Shown piece after piece: positions 1 through 8,649 of a stretch of 40,713 bases of DNA. The stretch comes from Prolixibacteraceae bacterium. Lineage in GTDB: Bacteria; Bacteroidota; Bacteroidia; Bacteroidales; Prolixibacteraceae. The DNA lies in NCBI GenBank assembly GCA_036725585.1, contig DAIMEA010000001.1, positions 1 through 40,713 of the forward strand, in the 5' to 3' direction. How positions within the stretch are numbered: position 1 is the stretch's first letter; each line of letters begins with the position of its first letter. A program made the translations under genes and the position numbers. A model generated the notes under the pieces. The model saw only the letters and a list, made by a program, of their open reading frames with translations. It ran no database searches and was not told the origin of the DNA.

Positions 1-1153
1 AACCCGCCGAAAAAGTAACGGCATGCTGCTCGGCAATGCCTACATCGAATACCCGGAGAGGCATTTCTTTTTGCATAATGTTCATCGAGCACCCCGATAG
101 CATAGCCGGTGTAATACCCACAATTTTTTCGTTTTGCCGGGCCAGTTCGAGCAGGGTTTCCCCAAAAACCTCCTGATAAAGGGGAGGTTCGTAACCATTT
201 GTGCCGGGAATGGGTTCGCCGGTAAACTTGTTAAATTTCCCCGGGGAGTGAAAAAGGGTTTGATTGTTCTCGGCAGGATGATAACCCTTGCCTTTTTTGG
301 TGATGACATGAAGCAACTTGGGGCCGGGTATTTTTTTCAGGTCGCGAAAAAGCCCTATCAACATCTCCACATCGTGGCCGTCGACGGGTCCAAAATACCG
401 GATGTTCATTGCTTCGAACAGGTTGCTCTCTTTCAGGAAAAACGATTTGGTTGAATGTTCAATTTTTTGGACCGCCCTTCGTGTTTTCCAGCCAACGTGC
501 CGAAAACGGCCGAAAAAATTCCACACTTTGTCTTTTAGCTTGTTGTACACTTCCGAGGTGGCAATTTTCAGAAGGTAATGATTCAGGCCCCCAATATTCG
601 GATCGATGGCCATGTTGTTGTCGTTCAGTATGATCAATATATCAGGATTGTTCACACTGGCATTGTTCAGTCCTTCAAATGCAATTCCCCCGGTAAGCGC
701 TCCATCGCCAATGATGGCCACAATTTTCTTCTCATCGTTTTTTAATTTGCTGGCCATTGCCATACCCAGGGCGGCTGATATGGAGGTAGACGAATGGCCT
801 ACGCCAAAAGGATCGAAAATACTTTCTTTGGGTGTGGGAAAGCCACTTAATCCTTTGTATTGCCGATTGGTACGAAACCGATCGCGCCGGCCGGTAAGGA
901 TTTTGTGCCCGTAAGCCTGATGGCCCACATCCCATACCAGCATATCGTGAGGGGTGTTGTACACATAATGGAGGGCAACGGTTAATTCCACAACTCCCAG
1001 ACTGGCGCCAAAATGACCAGGGTGTTCCGACACAACATCGATTATAAAACAACGCACTTCGTCACAAACCTCTTTCAGGTTTTTTTCCGGGATTTTCCGC
1101 AAATCGGCGGGAGAGTCAATTGTATACAGCCACTTAAAACGCTTGTCACTCAT
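1..1153 (-). CDS. dxs: 1-deoxy-D-xylulose-5-phosphate synthase, N-terminal ~384 codons; the 3' end lies beyond the window edge
   Basis: Not in the ORF track because the frame has no stop inside the window. My reverse-strand translation starts at ATG 1153-1151 and gives MSDKRFKWL... Positions 958-902 read NTPHDMLVWDVGHQAYGHK, 658-602 read SVNNPDILIILNDNNMAID, and 58-2 read LRVFDVGIAEQHAVTFSAG. These are classic DXS/TPP-enzyme signatures, all in the frame set by 1153. Confidence 0.9.
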   Translation of the reverse strand, partial: MSDKRFKWLYTIDSPADLRKIPEKNLKEVCDEVRCFIIDVVSEHPGHFGASLGVVELTVALHYVYNTPHDMLVWDVGHQAYGHKILTGRRDRFRTNRQYKGLSGFPTPKESIFDPFGVGHSSTSISAALGMAMASKLKNDEKKIVAIIGDGALTGGIAFEGLNNASVNNPDILIILNDNNMAIDPNIGGLNHYLLKIATSEVYNKLKDKVWNFFGRFRHVGWKTRRAVQKIEHSTKSFFLKESNLFEAMNIRYFGPVDGHDVEMLIGLFRDLKKIPGPKLLHVITKKGKGYHPAENNQTLFHSPGKFNKFTGEPIPGTNGYEPPLYQEVFGETLLELARQNEKIVGITPAMLSGCSMNIMQKEMPLRVFDVGIAEQHAVTFSAG

Positions 1154-1303
1154 CGGTAAAAACAAATTGGGTTGCTAATATACGAATTGTTCCTTCTTTT
1201 CGGTTCTCTTTTAGAAACGTTCTTTTTCGATCATCATGGGCAAAGGTTGATGTTTTTTTGGCCGAATTCTTTCTGCCAGGGTTTCGACCTGCGCCGAAAA
1301 CAA

Positions 1304-1311
1304 TAACTTTG
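1304..1311 (+). promoter_or_regulatory. Bacteroidetes-type -7 promoter box TAACTTTG upstream of the OmpA-family gene
   Basis: Exact match to TAnnTTTG, 46 nt upstream of the ATG at 1358. It lies in the divergent dxs/OmpA intergenic region. Confidence 0.35.
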
Positions 1312-1357
1312 TATGCATCGAAAAGAAAAAAATGGATCATAAATCGAAAAGAAAGCT

Positions 1358-2362
1358 ATGAAACGGATCAGCAGTTTATCGGCAATTTTGTGCATTCTTT
1401 TGTTGGGTTCTTGTGTTCCGGTGAAAAAATTCACCGATCTGGAAAAAAAATCCGAGGAATACCGGAAAAGCAATGAAGGCCTTAAGGATCAAAACCTCGA
1501 TTTGACGGTCGAGGTAAATGAACTCGACGGGAAGATTCTGGCAATGCAATCAAAGCTCTTCAACCTGGAAAAAGAATACGAAAAGAACCTAAATGAAAAA
1601 AAGAAACTTGAAACCGAAAAAGAACAGGCTTCCCGGTACGCAAAAGAACTACAGGAACAAATCGATATGCTGAAACAGGGAAGTTCTTCCGAAATTATCG
1701 GCCTGTTGAGCGAACTTCAAAAACTTCAGGAAAGCCTTCAGGAGCGGGAGAACAACATAAAGGCCTCCGAAGATTTGCTGAAAAAAAGGGAAGATGAACT
1801 GAAATCGGCCCAGGAAACAGCCCTTGCCCAGGCTGCCGAACTACAGAAACTTCAGGACGCATTGAACCAGCAGCGTGAAGCCCTTTCTTCGCTTAAGGAA
1901 AAACTGAACCAGGCTCTCCGGGGTTTTTACGACCAGGGCTTGTCGGTTTACGAAAAGAATGGGAAAATTTTTGTCTCGATGGAGGAGCAGTTGTTGTTCC
2001 AAACCGGAAGTTATACCCTCGACCCCAAAGGTCGGGAAGCGTTGAAAAATCTGGCAGGGGTGTTGGCGAACAACACCGATATCAATATCCTGGTCGAGGG
2101 GCATACCGACAACGTCCCACTGAATGGAGCCGGCCAAATTAAGGACAACTGGGATCTGAGCGTGATGCGGGCTACGGCTGTTTCCAAAATCATTCTGCAA
2201 AACACGTCCATTCATCCTTCAAGGATTACGGCCGCAGGGAGAAGTGAATTTGTTCCGCTCGATGAATCCAATACCCCCGAAGGCAGGAAAAAAAACCGGA
2301 GAACCGAAATCATTCTGACCCCCAATCTGAGCGAAGTGTTTAAAATTATTGAATCGAATTAA
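1358..2362 (+). CDS. OmpA-family lipoprotein with a long coiled-coil spacer and a C-terminal OmpA/MotB peptidoglycan-binding domain
   Basis: Signal peptide with lipobox (LLLGSC). About 180 aa are E/K/L/Q-rich and heptad-like (LQEQIDMLKQ, LQKLQESLQERE, LQKLQDALNQQRE). The C-terminus carries OmpA-domain motifs (NILVEGHTDNVPL, NWDLSVMRATAV, GRSEFVPL, NRRTEIIL). Confidence 0.85.
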   Translation: MKRISSLSAILCILLLGSCVPVKKFTDLEKKSEEYRKSNEGLKDQNLDLTVEVNELDGKILAMQSKLFNLEKEYEKNLNEKKKLETEKEQASRYAKELQEQIDMLKQGSSSEIIGLLSELQKLQESLQERENNIKASEDLLKKREDELKSAQETALAQAAELQKLQDALNQQREALSSLKEKLNQALRGFYDQGLSVYEKNGKIFVSMEEQLLFQTGSYTLDPKGREALKNLAGVLANNTDINILVEGHTDNVPLNGAGQIKDNWDLSVMRATAVSKIILQNTSIHPSRITAAGRSEFVPLDESNTPEGRKKNRRTEIILTPNLSEVFKIIESN

Positions 2363-2412
2363 GCAACGAACGGCCTGCAGGGAAAAGCTTTCGAATAAAT
2401 GTACATGATCCG

Positions 2413-3393
2413 ATGAGAACGTATCTTTCCTTTGGCGACTGGATCGACCTGTACTTCAAACTCCGGCAGAAGCGCTATCGCAAACTGATTTTGGGTTTTA
2501 ACCGACAGGGGAAAGAACGAACCGCCGCCAAATGGAACAGCCAATTGCTCTCATCTGATTTCTGGATGATCCCTGAAGTACGGAAACGGTGGAATGAAAA
2601 ATGCACCGGCCACCCCGACCGGGAATATGAAGACTATTTTGTTCAAAGGTATCTGCCCCAATCCCGCAATCTGAGAATGCTTTCAGTGGGTTGCGGAAGC
2701 GGTGCGCGGGAACGAAAATTTGCCCGATTTCCTCAATTTGCATCGATCGAAGGGATCGATCTGGCAGAAAAACGAATTGACGAAGCCCGGAAAGAAGCTT
2801 CTGTTTTGAATCTTCATCAAGTGCACTATCATGCGGGCGATTTCTTAAACCATCCCTTCGCCTGCGGAACCTATGACGTCGTGCTCTTTCATTCGAGCCT
2901 GCACCATTTTAACCACCTATCCCAGTTAATCCCCGAAAAAGTTCTTCCTTTATTGAAACCCGGAGGCTATCTGGTTCTTTTTGAATATACCGGCCCCAAC
3001 CGGCTCCAATGGAGTAGGCGGCAATTAAAACGGGTAAACGAAATCTTGAGCATGCTTCCCGAACGCTACCGGAAACGAAGGGGCAATTCGGCCCTAAAGC
3101 GGAAAGCATACCGGCCCGGCTGGATCCGGATGCTGCTTGTCGATCCTTCGGAGGCCCCCGACTCGGAATCAATCCTGCCCGAAATTCACAGGCATTTCCG
3201 TACACTTGAAGAGAAACACGTCGGGTGGAACCTAACTCATGTGTTGTTTAAGGATATTGCGCATAATTTTTTACAGAACGATGAAGAAACCCGTCGTTGG
3301 ATCGATTTTGTTTTTGAGAAGGAAGATGCCTTCCTCAAAGAGACAGGCCACAGCGATGCTGTTTTTGGGATATATCAGAAAAAAGAATCGTGA
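2413..3393 (+). CDS. class I SAM-dependent methyltransferase
   Basis: SAM-binding motif I is LSVGCGSGARE, followed by an acidic residue (EGIDLAE) and a later LKPGGYLVLFE motif. The ORF is 326 aa and ATG-initiated. Confidence 0.75.
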   Translation: MRTYLSFGDWIDLYFKLRQKRYRKLILGFNRQGKERTAAKWNSQLLSSDFWMIPEVRKRWNEKCTGHPDREYEDYFVQRYLPQSRNLRMLSVGCGSGARERKFARFPQFASIEGIDLAEKRIDEARKEASVLNLHQVHYHAGDFLNHPFACGTYDVVLFHSSLHHFNHLSQLIPEKVLPLLKPGGYLVLFEYTGPNRLQWSRRQLKRVNEILSMLPERYRKRRGNSALKRKAYRPGWIRMLLVDPSEAPDSESILPEIHRHFRTLEEKHVGWNLTHVLFKDIAHNFLQNDEETRRWIDFVFEKEDAFLKETGHSDAVFGIYQKKES

Positions 3394-3413
3394 ACCGTTG
3401 GCTTTCGGGTCCG

Positions 3414-6182
3414 TCACTCCACATAGTAATTGTATAAATATCCTTCGGGGCTGGCAACCAAAAGGTTAAAGTTGGTTTCGTCTTCCGAGTTCAGGCCAAT
3501 GCTAAAACCCGAACAGCCATCGAGGGGAAAACCCGGATGAAGGTTCCCATTGATATCGAAGAGAAAGATTTTGTTCTGATCCGAACAGGTCAGTCCCACT
3601 TTCTTTTCTTTATACGAAAAATGATATATCACCGGCATGTGGCTTATCGGATATTCGAGTTTTTTGGTAAACAACACTTTACCGTTATTTTTTGTGGTAT
3701 ACACCAGATGCTCGTCGGCAAAAACATATTCCAGGCTTTCGTCGGTATCCAGATTGCCGGCTACAAAGAAGTGATTCTCGGATAATTTTTTAAATTCGAT
3801 CATTTCGTGTTCCCCGTTGAAATAGGTCCGGTGTATGTTTCCTTCCGGATCGGTGGTGACGATATGGGGTTCGTGCAGGGGGGAGCGCTTTTCCAAAAAA
3901 AGACTATTTCGTGAAGAATGCGGATAAACGGTATTGGTTTCTACACGGACATTCCCTCTTCGGTCGAAAAAGTAATCCTTCATTTTATCGGCTGCAACAA
4001 TGTAATCTTTACCATCGACCACAAAATGTTCCACGGGATGGCTTATCGGGTGATCGGTTTTGGGATTGTTCCATCCCTCAACGAAAGAGGCCTGGTTGTC
4101 GTATGCATAAAGCGTTCGGTCGGAACAGGCTACGATAAAACGGTAGTTGCGCGTGTTTTCATAATCAAATACAGCCACTCCGTTGCTTGCCTCCGAACGG
4201 AGGGTAATGGGAAAAGGAGGTACGGAATTTCCATTCCGGTCGATCACATATATTTTTTCGGAGGTATTGAATAGAAATTGGTATTTCCCGTTTTTGAACA
4301 GGTCGATTTGGTGAATATCGCTCAATATAGGGGATGGTAGTTTGATTTGCCATTGGATGCGCCCGATGTTGTTGATCAGATAAAAATTATTTTCCCGATC
4401 CTGAAGTACAATTTCCTTGTTCAGCGGGTCGGTGTGATTTTTTACAAACAAGGGTTTAAAATCGAACGACGCTTTCATGTGGCTTTTCCAAACGGTTTGG
4501 GGTTTTGATTGAATTTCGGGGTAGAACAACAAACTGGCATTGTTGTACATCATCGATCCTGCCGGGCTGATCTGCCAGGCAAACATTTTGAATTTTTTCA
4601 GCTCGTGGTTTTGCTCAAGGACTGATCCAAGCTCTTTGTTTAACACAAAAGGTGCCAGCGACAGGGAGCGGTCGGTGTTGCAAAAGAACTGAAACGTACA
4701 ACGGGTGTTCAGGGCCGATTGAAATTTATTGAATTCAATGTTGGTGTCCAGGGTTTCCCCAAGTGTATTTGCATGCAGGATTTGCTTCATTGCAGAATAG
4801 GTGTCGGAAAAGATCAGGTAGTTTTCGAAAACAGTGAACCATTGGGCCTGGATCGATCCGAAAAGAGGGCCCGTTAAAAGTGCCGGAAAATCGCCAATGG
4901 GAAAGGGATATATTGGAAAAGAAGTTTGCGGATCGATCTGATAGATAATGGGCGTATGGGACGTGTCGGTTCCTTTTGTTTCAAAGTAATTCCCAACGAG
5001 TTCCTTCATCCGGTTCAGGGTGTGGCTTCCGCTCTTTGTCCGAATGATGAAGGCTTTTCCCAAGCCGGTTACCGGATCGGGTTCCATTCCAACCCCTGCA
5101 ATTTCTTCATCCAAAAGTTCGAAAAGAAAAGATTCCGGGTTATATTTTGTGTCTTTTTCAAACCGGTTCAACCGGTCTTTTCGAGACAAGAGCTGATTGT
5201 TCCGGTCAAGATATCGATCGTAATCAGAAAAAAACCGATGCGCATCGGAGATGTTGAGGCTGGCAAACCAGCTAAGCTGATTGGGAAGAACGGAGGTAAT
5301 TTTTGAACTTCCGGGCGACTGGTTTCGAAAAATTGCGGCATAAAGATTTTCCGATTCGGCTCCCGTCGAGAATCCGCTGATAAACACTTTTCCCTTTTTT
5401 AATGAGAGATCAAGTTCCGACCAACGGGCATATTTTTTAATTCCGGCTGTTTTCTTTTTAAATTCATCGGAAAAGGATTTTGAAAGAAGATCTGCCACAG
5501 TATTATGGTTCACAAAAACATTGAACATTGCCTGCGGATTGATCGTTTTTATCAGGTCAGCCAGTTCGGATTGATCGCTCAGTGGAGGCTGATGAAGCTG
5601 GCGGATGGATTCTTCGATGACCAACGATCGTTCGCTCGCCAGTAAAATCCCCATGTGGAAAGCAAAATATAAGCTTCTGCCTTTCCCGGGAAGCATAACG
5701 AGCTCGTAAATCGAGGCTTTTTCGTATTTGCGTTCGTAAATGGTCCAACTCTTTTCGCGTGCGTATTCCAGAATCATTTCCCCGACCCAATGAAAATCGC
5801 TTTTGGAAAGCCCGACCATGTACTGAATAACTGTTTCGTTGTTTCCGGTGAGGTGGAACGAAACCATCACTTCCTTACCTTTGATTTTTTTTTGAAGCTG
5901 CGGAATTGAGTCGGCCAATGAGGAGAACAGCAACCATGAGTCCGTTGTGTTGCGTAAAGCCTCGATTGAAAACACCGCTTCCAGGAGGGCTTGATTTTCA
6001 GCAATTAATTCGGAAGAAAATGGGGTGTTGTTTACTTTGATGAAAAGGGGTGTCCCGGGTGTTAACGCATTCAGGCACGAAGAGGATTCCCCTTCTCCTG
6101 ATGATTTGAACCGAAAAAGATAGAAAATCAGAACACCCAGGATAAGAAGGGAAAAGATGATTAAAATGAGCCGTTTCGTCAT
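3414..6182 (-). CDS. uncharacterised 922-aa membrane-anchored protein; the C-terminal third has propeller-blade-like repeats
   Basis: Long ATG-initiated ORF with a single N-terminal TM/signal anchor (LILIIFSLLILGVLIFYLF). The C-terminal ~330 aa contain recurring blade-like motifs (IYVIDRNGNSVPPFPI, LYAYDNQASFVEGW, YFFDRRGNVRVE, IFLFDINGNLHPGFPL). The N-terminal half may be DUF3352-like, but that is from memory and I cannot verify it. Confidence 0.7.
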   Translation of the reverse strand: MTKRLILIIFSLLILGVLIFYLFRFKSSGEGESSSCLNALTPGTPLFIKVNNTPFSSELIAENQALLEAVFSIEALRNTTDSWLLFSSLADSIPQLQKKIKGKEVMVSFHLTGNNETVIQYMVGLSKSDFHWVGEMILEYAREKSWTIYERKYEKASIYELVMLPGKGRSLYFAFHMGILLASERSLVIEESIRQLHQPPLSDQSELADLIKTINPQAMFNVFVNHNTVADLLSKSFSDEFKKKTAGIKKYARWSELDLSLKKGKVFISGFSTGAESENLYAAIFRNQSPGSSKITSVLPNQLSWFASLNISDAHRFFSDYDRYLDRNNQLLSRKDRLNRFEKDTKYNPESFLFELLDEEIAGVGMEPDPVTGLGKAFIIRTKSGSHTLNRMKELVGNYFETKGTDTSHTPIIYQIDPQTSFPIYPFPIGDFPALLTGPLFGSIQAQWFTVFENYLIFSDTYSAMKQILHANTLGETLDTNIEFNKFQSALNTRCTFQFFCNTDRSLSLAPFVLNKELGSVLEQNHELKKFKMFAWQISPAGSMMYNNASLLFYPEIQSKPQTVWKSHMKASFDFKPLFVKNHTDPLNKEIVLQDRENNFYLINNIGRIQWQIKLPSPILSDIHQIDLFKNGKYQFLFNTSEKIYVIDRNGNSVPPFPITLRSEASNGVAVFDYENTRNYRFIVACSDRTLYAYDNQASFVEGWNNPKTDHPISHPVEHFVVDGKDYIVAADKMKDYFFDRRGNVRVETNTVYPHSSRNSLFLEKRSPLHEPHIVTTDPEGNIHRTYFNGEHEMIEFKKLSENHFFVAGNLDTDESLEYVFADEHLVYTTKNNGKVLFTKKLEYPISHMPVIYHFSYKEKKVGLTCSDQNKIFLFDINGNLHPGFPLDGCSGFSIGLNSEDETNFNLLVASPEGYLYNYYVE

Positions 6183-6208
6183 GATAAAAACATCTAAATA
6201 GTTTCTGG

Positions 6209-7183
6209 TTATTCATCATCAAACTTGTCGCGGAAGAAGGGAAGTCGCTCTTGCCGGGCTTTTCTTGACGACTGTTGATGGTATTTCGAATAATACGATC
6301 GATAGCGGTTAAAATACCAGGGCATGGCTTTTTCCCTTACCTGCTTTCTGGTGTCGAAATTAAAAAAATATGTGACACCCAGTGTAAATTTTCCGGTCAC
6401 ATCGTATACCGGAATGCGAAATTTATTGGGCAGATAGTCGGTATTTTCCGGATCCAGGTCGGCACTGAAATTACGAACCCCATCCAGGTAGTCGGCGCTA
6501 AGAAACTGAAAACTGGCATCAAAAGAAACAAAAATTCGCTCGGTTATCTGATAATTCAAACCAAAAGCCGGACTGAATATGGCATGGGCATTTTTTGTGC
6601 TTCTGGGTTTTCGTCCCGACGAATAGATAGGATGGGTCAATCCGGTTAGTTGGTAATTGGCCCGGTCGCGATATCCCATTTCGGCGGATATCCAAATGAT
6701 TCCAATTCCCATTTTGGCGTACAGGTTGAGTTTGATTATACCTAGGGTGAAGGAACTGAAATTGATGAAATTATATTTGGCAAACAGGGTCAGGTGGGTA
6801 ATATCCGAATCGTAATAGAGTGGAAAGGGTTGAAAATCTACAGAGTCGTTGTTAAAATAGCCGCCACGCATTAAATAGTGTACGTTGGTTGGATTGATCC
6901 GATACCCCTGTAAATTCAGCAAGCCGAATTCAAGTCCCAGGTCGACTCGTTCAAAAACCATTTTCCCCATTTGCAGGCTAAAGGCAAAATCGGCGACGTT
7001 GTTCATGTCGTTGCTCCAGCCCGAAAAGTCTTTTTTCAGTTCTCCTAGTAATACAGAAGGACCCACCTGAAACGTTATATTCCAGTTTGTTTCAATGTTG
7101 TTTTCATTCGTAAGCCATCCCTGTCCGCTACTTTGGATGAACAAAAATAACATGAATCCCAGTATATGCAATTTGATCTTCAA
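6209..7183 (-). CDS. putative outer-membrane beta-barrel protein with a basic C-terminal extension
   Basis: Signal peptide MKIKLHILGFMLFLFIQSSGQ. The body shows alternating hydrophobic/aromatic strand patterns. An OMP-like terminal strand (KFTLGVTYFFNF) is followed by a 48-aa R/K/Y-rich tail. The track start at 7183 is a TTG. The next ATG (7153) would delete the positively charged n-region of the signal peptide. Confidence 0.6.
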   Translation of the reverse strand: MKIKLHILGFMLFLFIQSSGQGWLTNENNIETNWNITFQVGPSVLLGELKKDFSGWSNDMNNVADFAFSLQMGKMVFERVDLGLEFGLLNLQGYRINPTNVHYLMRGGYFNNDSVDFQPFPLYYDSDITHLTLFAKYNFINFSSFTLGIIKLNLYAKMGIGIIWISAEMGYRDRANYQLTGLTHPIYSSGRKPRSTKNAHAIFSPAFGLNYQITERIFVSFDASFQFLSADYLDGVRNFSADLDPENTDYLPNKFRIPVYDVTGKFTLGVTYFFNFDTRKQVREKAMPWYFNRYRSYYSKYHQQSSRKARQERLPFFRDKFDDE

Positions 7184-7254
7184 CCCAGTTCCCCAAATTG
7201 ATTGATACCCTCAATCGCTTAACCCCAGGAAGTAAAGATACAAATTGTTTTTAT

Positions 7255-8508
7255 TTATTGTTTCTTAACCTCCGCGGCATCAACTATTTTGTAAAGTTTG
7301 TCGGCCCGGCGTGTTTTTATGGGTACGGGCAGGGAACATCGCGATCCTTTAGGGGCGGTAAGGGTTTTTTCCAGTTCAACCCGTATTTCGCTTACCCGGG
7401 TTTCCAAAACGCCTGTAGTTGGGCCGATGATAAAAACCGCATCACCTACGTGTAAATCCTGGGTTTCAATTTTAAACTCGGCAACTTTTAAATTTGAAAA
7501 GTAATTCAGGCATTTACCGATGTATATTTTCCGTTTGCTTGCAGCCGAACCGTATTGTTTGCTCCATTCACCCAGGCGCTGTCCCAGGTAGTATCCGTCC
7601 CAGAATCCCCGGTTAAAGACCGATGCAAGCCGTTCGTCCCAGTCGCGAATCTTTTCGGGGGTATAATCGCCCGAAAGGTATGATTCGACGGCCTCTCGAT
7701 AGCAGGCAACAACGGTTTGCACATATTCCGGAGAGCGGGCTCTGCCTTCAATTTTCAACACGGAAATACCGGCGTTTAGGATTTTATCTAAAAAGTGAAT
7801 GGTTTTCAGGTCTTTGGGCGACATAATGTATTCGTTCTCGATATCGAGTTCGTACCCGGATTCCTTTTCTTTGGCGGTATAGCCCCGGCGACAGATTTGC
7901 AGGCAGCTTCCCCGGTTGGCCGAAGCATTCATCTCGTGAAGACTCAGGTAACACTTCCCCGAAACAGCCATGCATAAGGCTCCATGAGCAAAAAGTTCGA
8001 GCCGTACAGGCTGTCCGCCGGGTCCCAAAATTTGTTCTTCGTTTATTTGTCGGTTAATTTCCCATATTCGCCCCAGGTTCATTTCGCGTGCCAGAACAAT
8101 CACGTCGGCAAATTGGGAATAAAACCGGACCGATTCAATATTGCTGATATTAACCTGCGTCGAAATATGAACTTCAATACCTGCTTCGCGGGCCATTTGA
8201 ATCGCCGCGATATCGGAAGCAATTACAGCCGAGATTCCTGCTTTTTTTGCGGCCGTTACTAATTGATGCAGGGTCGATAATTCATTGTCAAATACTATGG
8301 TATTTACTGTGAGATACGATCGGACCTGATGTTCCGAAGCGATCGATGCGATTTTTTCCAGATCGGCGAGGGTGAAATTGTGTGCAGAGCGAGCCCTCAT
8401 ATTTAATTTTCCGACACCGAAATAGATCGATCCGGCTCCGGCCTGGATGGCTGCCCGAAGTGATTCATAGGAGCCAACCGGCGCCATTATTTCAATCCTT
8501 TTCTCCAA
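7255..8508 (-). CDS. peptidase U32 family protein
   Basis: The N-terminus IEIMAPVGSYESLRAAIQAGAGSIYFG and the later EGRARSPEYV motif are typical of the U32 family. The track start at 8508 is a TTG, and an alternative ATG lies at residue 8 (MAPVGS). Confidence 0.85.
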   Translation of the reverse strand: MEKRIEIMAPVGSYESLRAAIQAGAGSIYFGVGKLNMRARSAHNFTLADLEKIASIASEHQVRSYLTVNTIVFDNELSTLHQLVTAAKKAGISAVIASDIAAIQMAREAGIEVHISTQVNISNIESVRFYSQFADVIVLAREMNLGRIWEINRQINEEQILGPGGQPVRLELFAHGALCMAVSGKCYLSLHEMNASANRGSCLQICRRGYTAKEKESGYELDIENEYIMSPKDLKTIHFLDKILNAGISVLKIEGRARSPEYVQTVVACYREAVESYLSGDYTPEKIRDWDERLASVFNRGFWDGYYLGQRLGEWSKQYGSAASKRKIYIGKCLNYFSNLKVAEFKIETQDLHVGDAVFIIGPTTGVLETRVSEIRVELEKTLTAPKGSRCSLPVPIKTRRADKLYKIVDAAEVKKQ

Positions 8509-8522
8509 TGCTGATTTTTTCG

Positions 8523-8530
8523 CAAAAATA
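8523..8530 (-). promoter_or_regulatory. -7 promoter box (TATTTTTG on the minus strand) for the U32 gene
   Basis: The plus strand reads CAAAAATA, the reverse complement of TAnnTTTG. It lies 14 nt upstream of the start codon at 8508. Confidence 0.3.
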
Positions 8531-8620
8531 GAAAATATCCCGACAGATACGATGTGTCGAATCCGGGTACTGTTTGGGCCTGTTGGGAAAAACTCAGTTA
8601 ATCATAAACGGAAACAAGGT

Positions 8621-8649
8621 AAAAAAGCCGGAAGATACCGGCTTTTTTT
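8621..8649 (-). terminator. intrinsic terminator after the HemD-like gene
   Basis: AGCCGG-AAGATA-CCGGCT hairpin (8626-8643) flanked by an A6 run and a T7 run. On the minus strand the stem is followed by a T-run. It overlaps the stop codon at 8648-8650. Confidence 0.6.

Noticed and set aside
82-1052. Several 75-106-aa ORFs on both strands at the window start.
   Set aside because: All overlap the dxs reading frame (minus strand, open to the window edge), which carries unmistakable DXS motifs.
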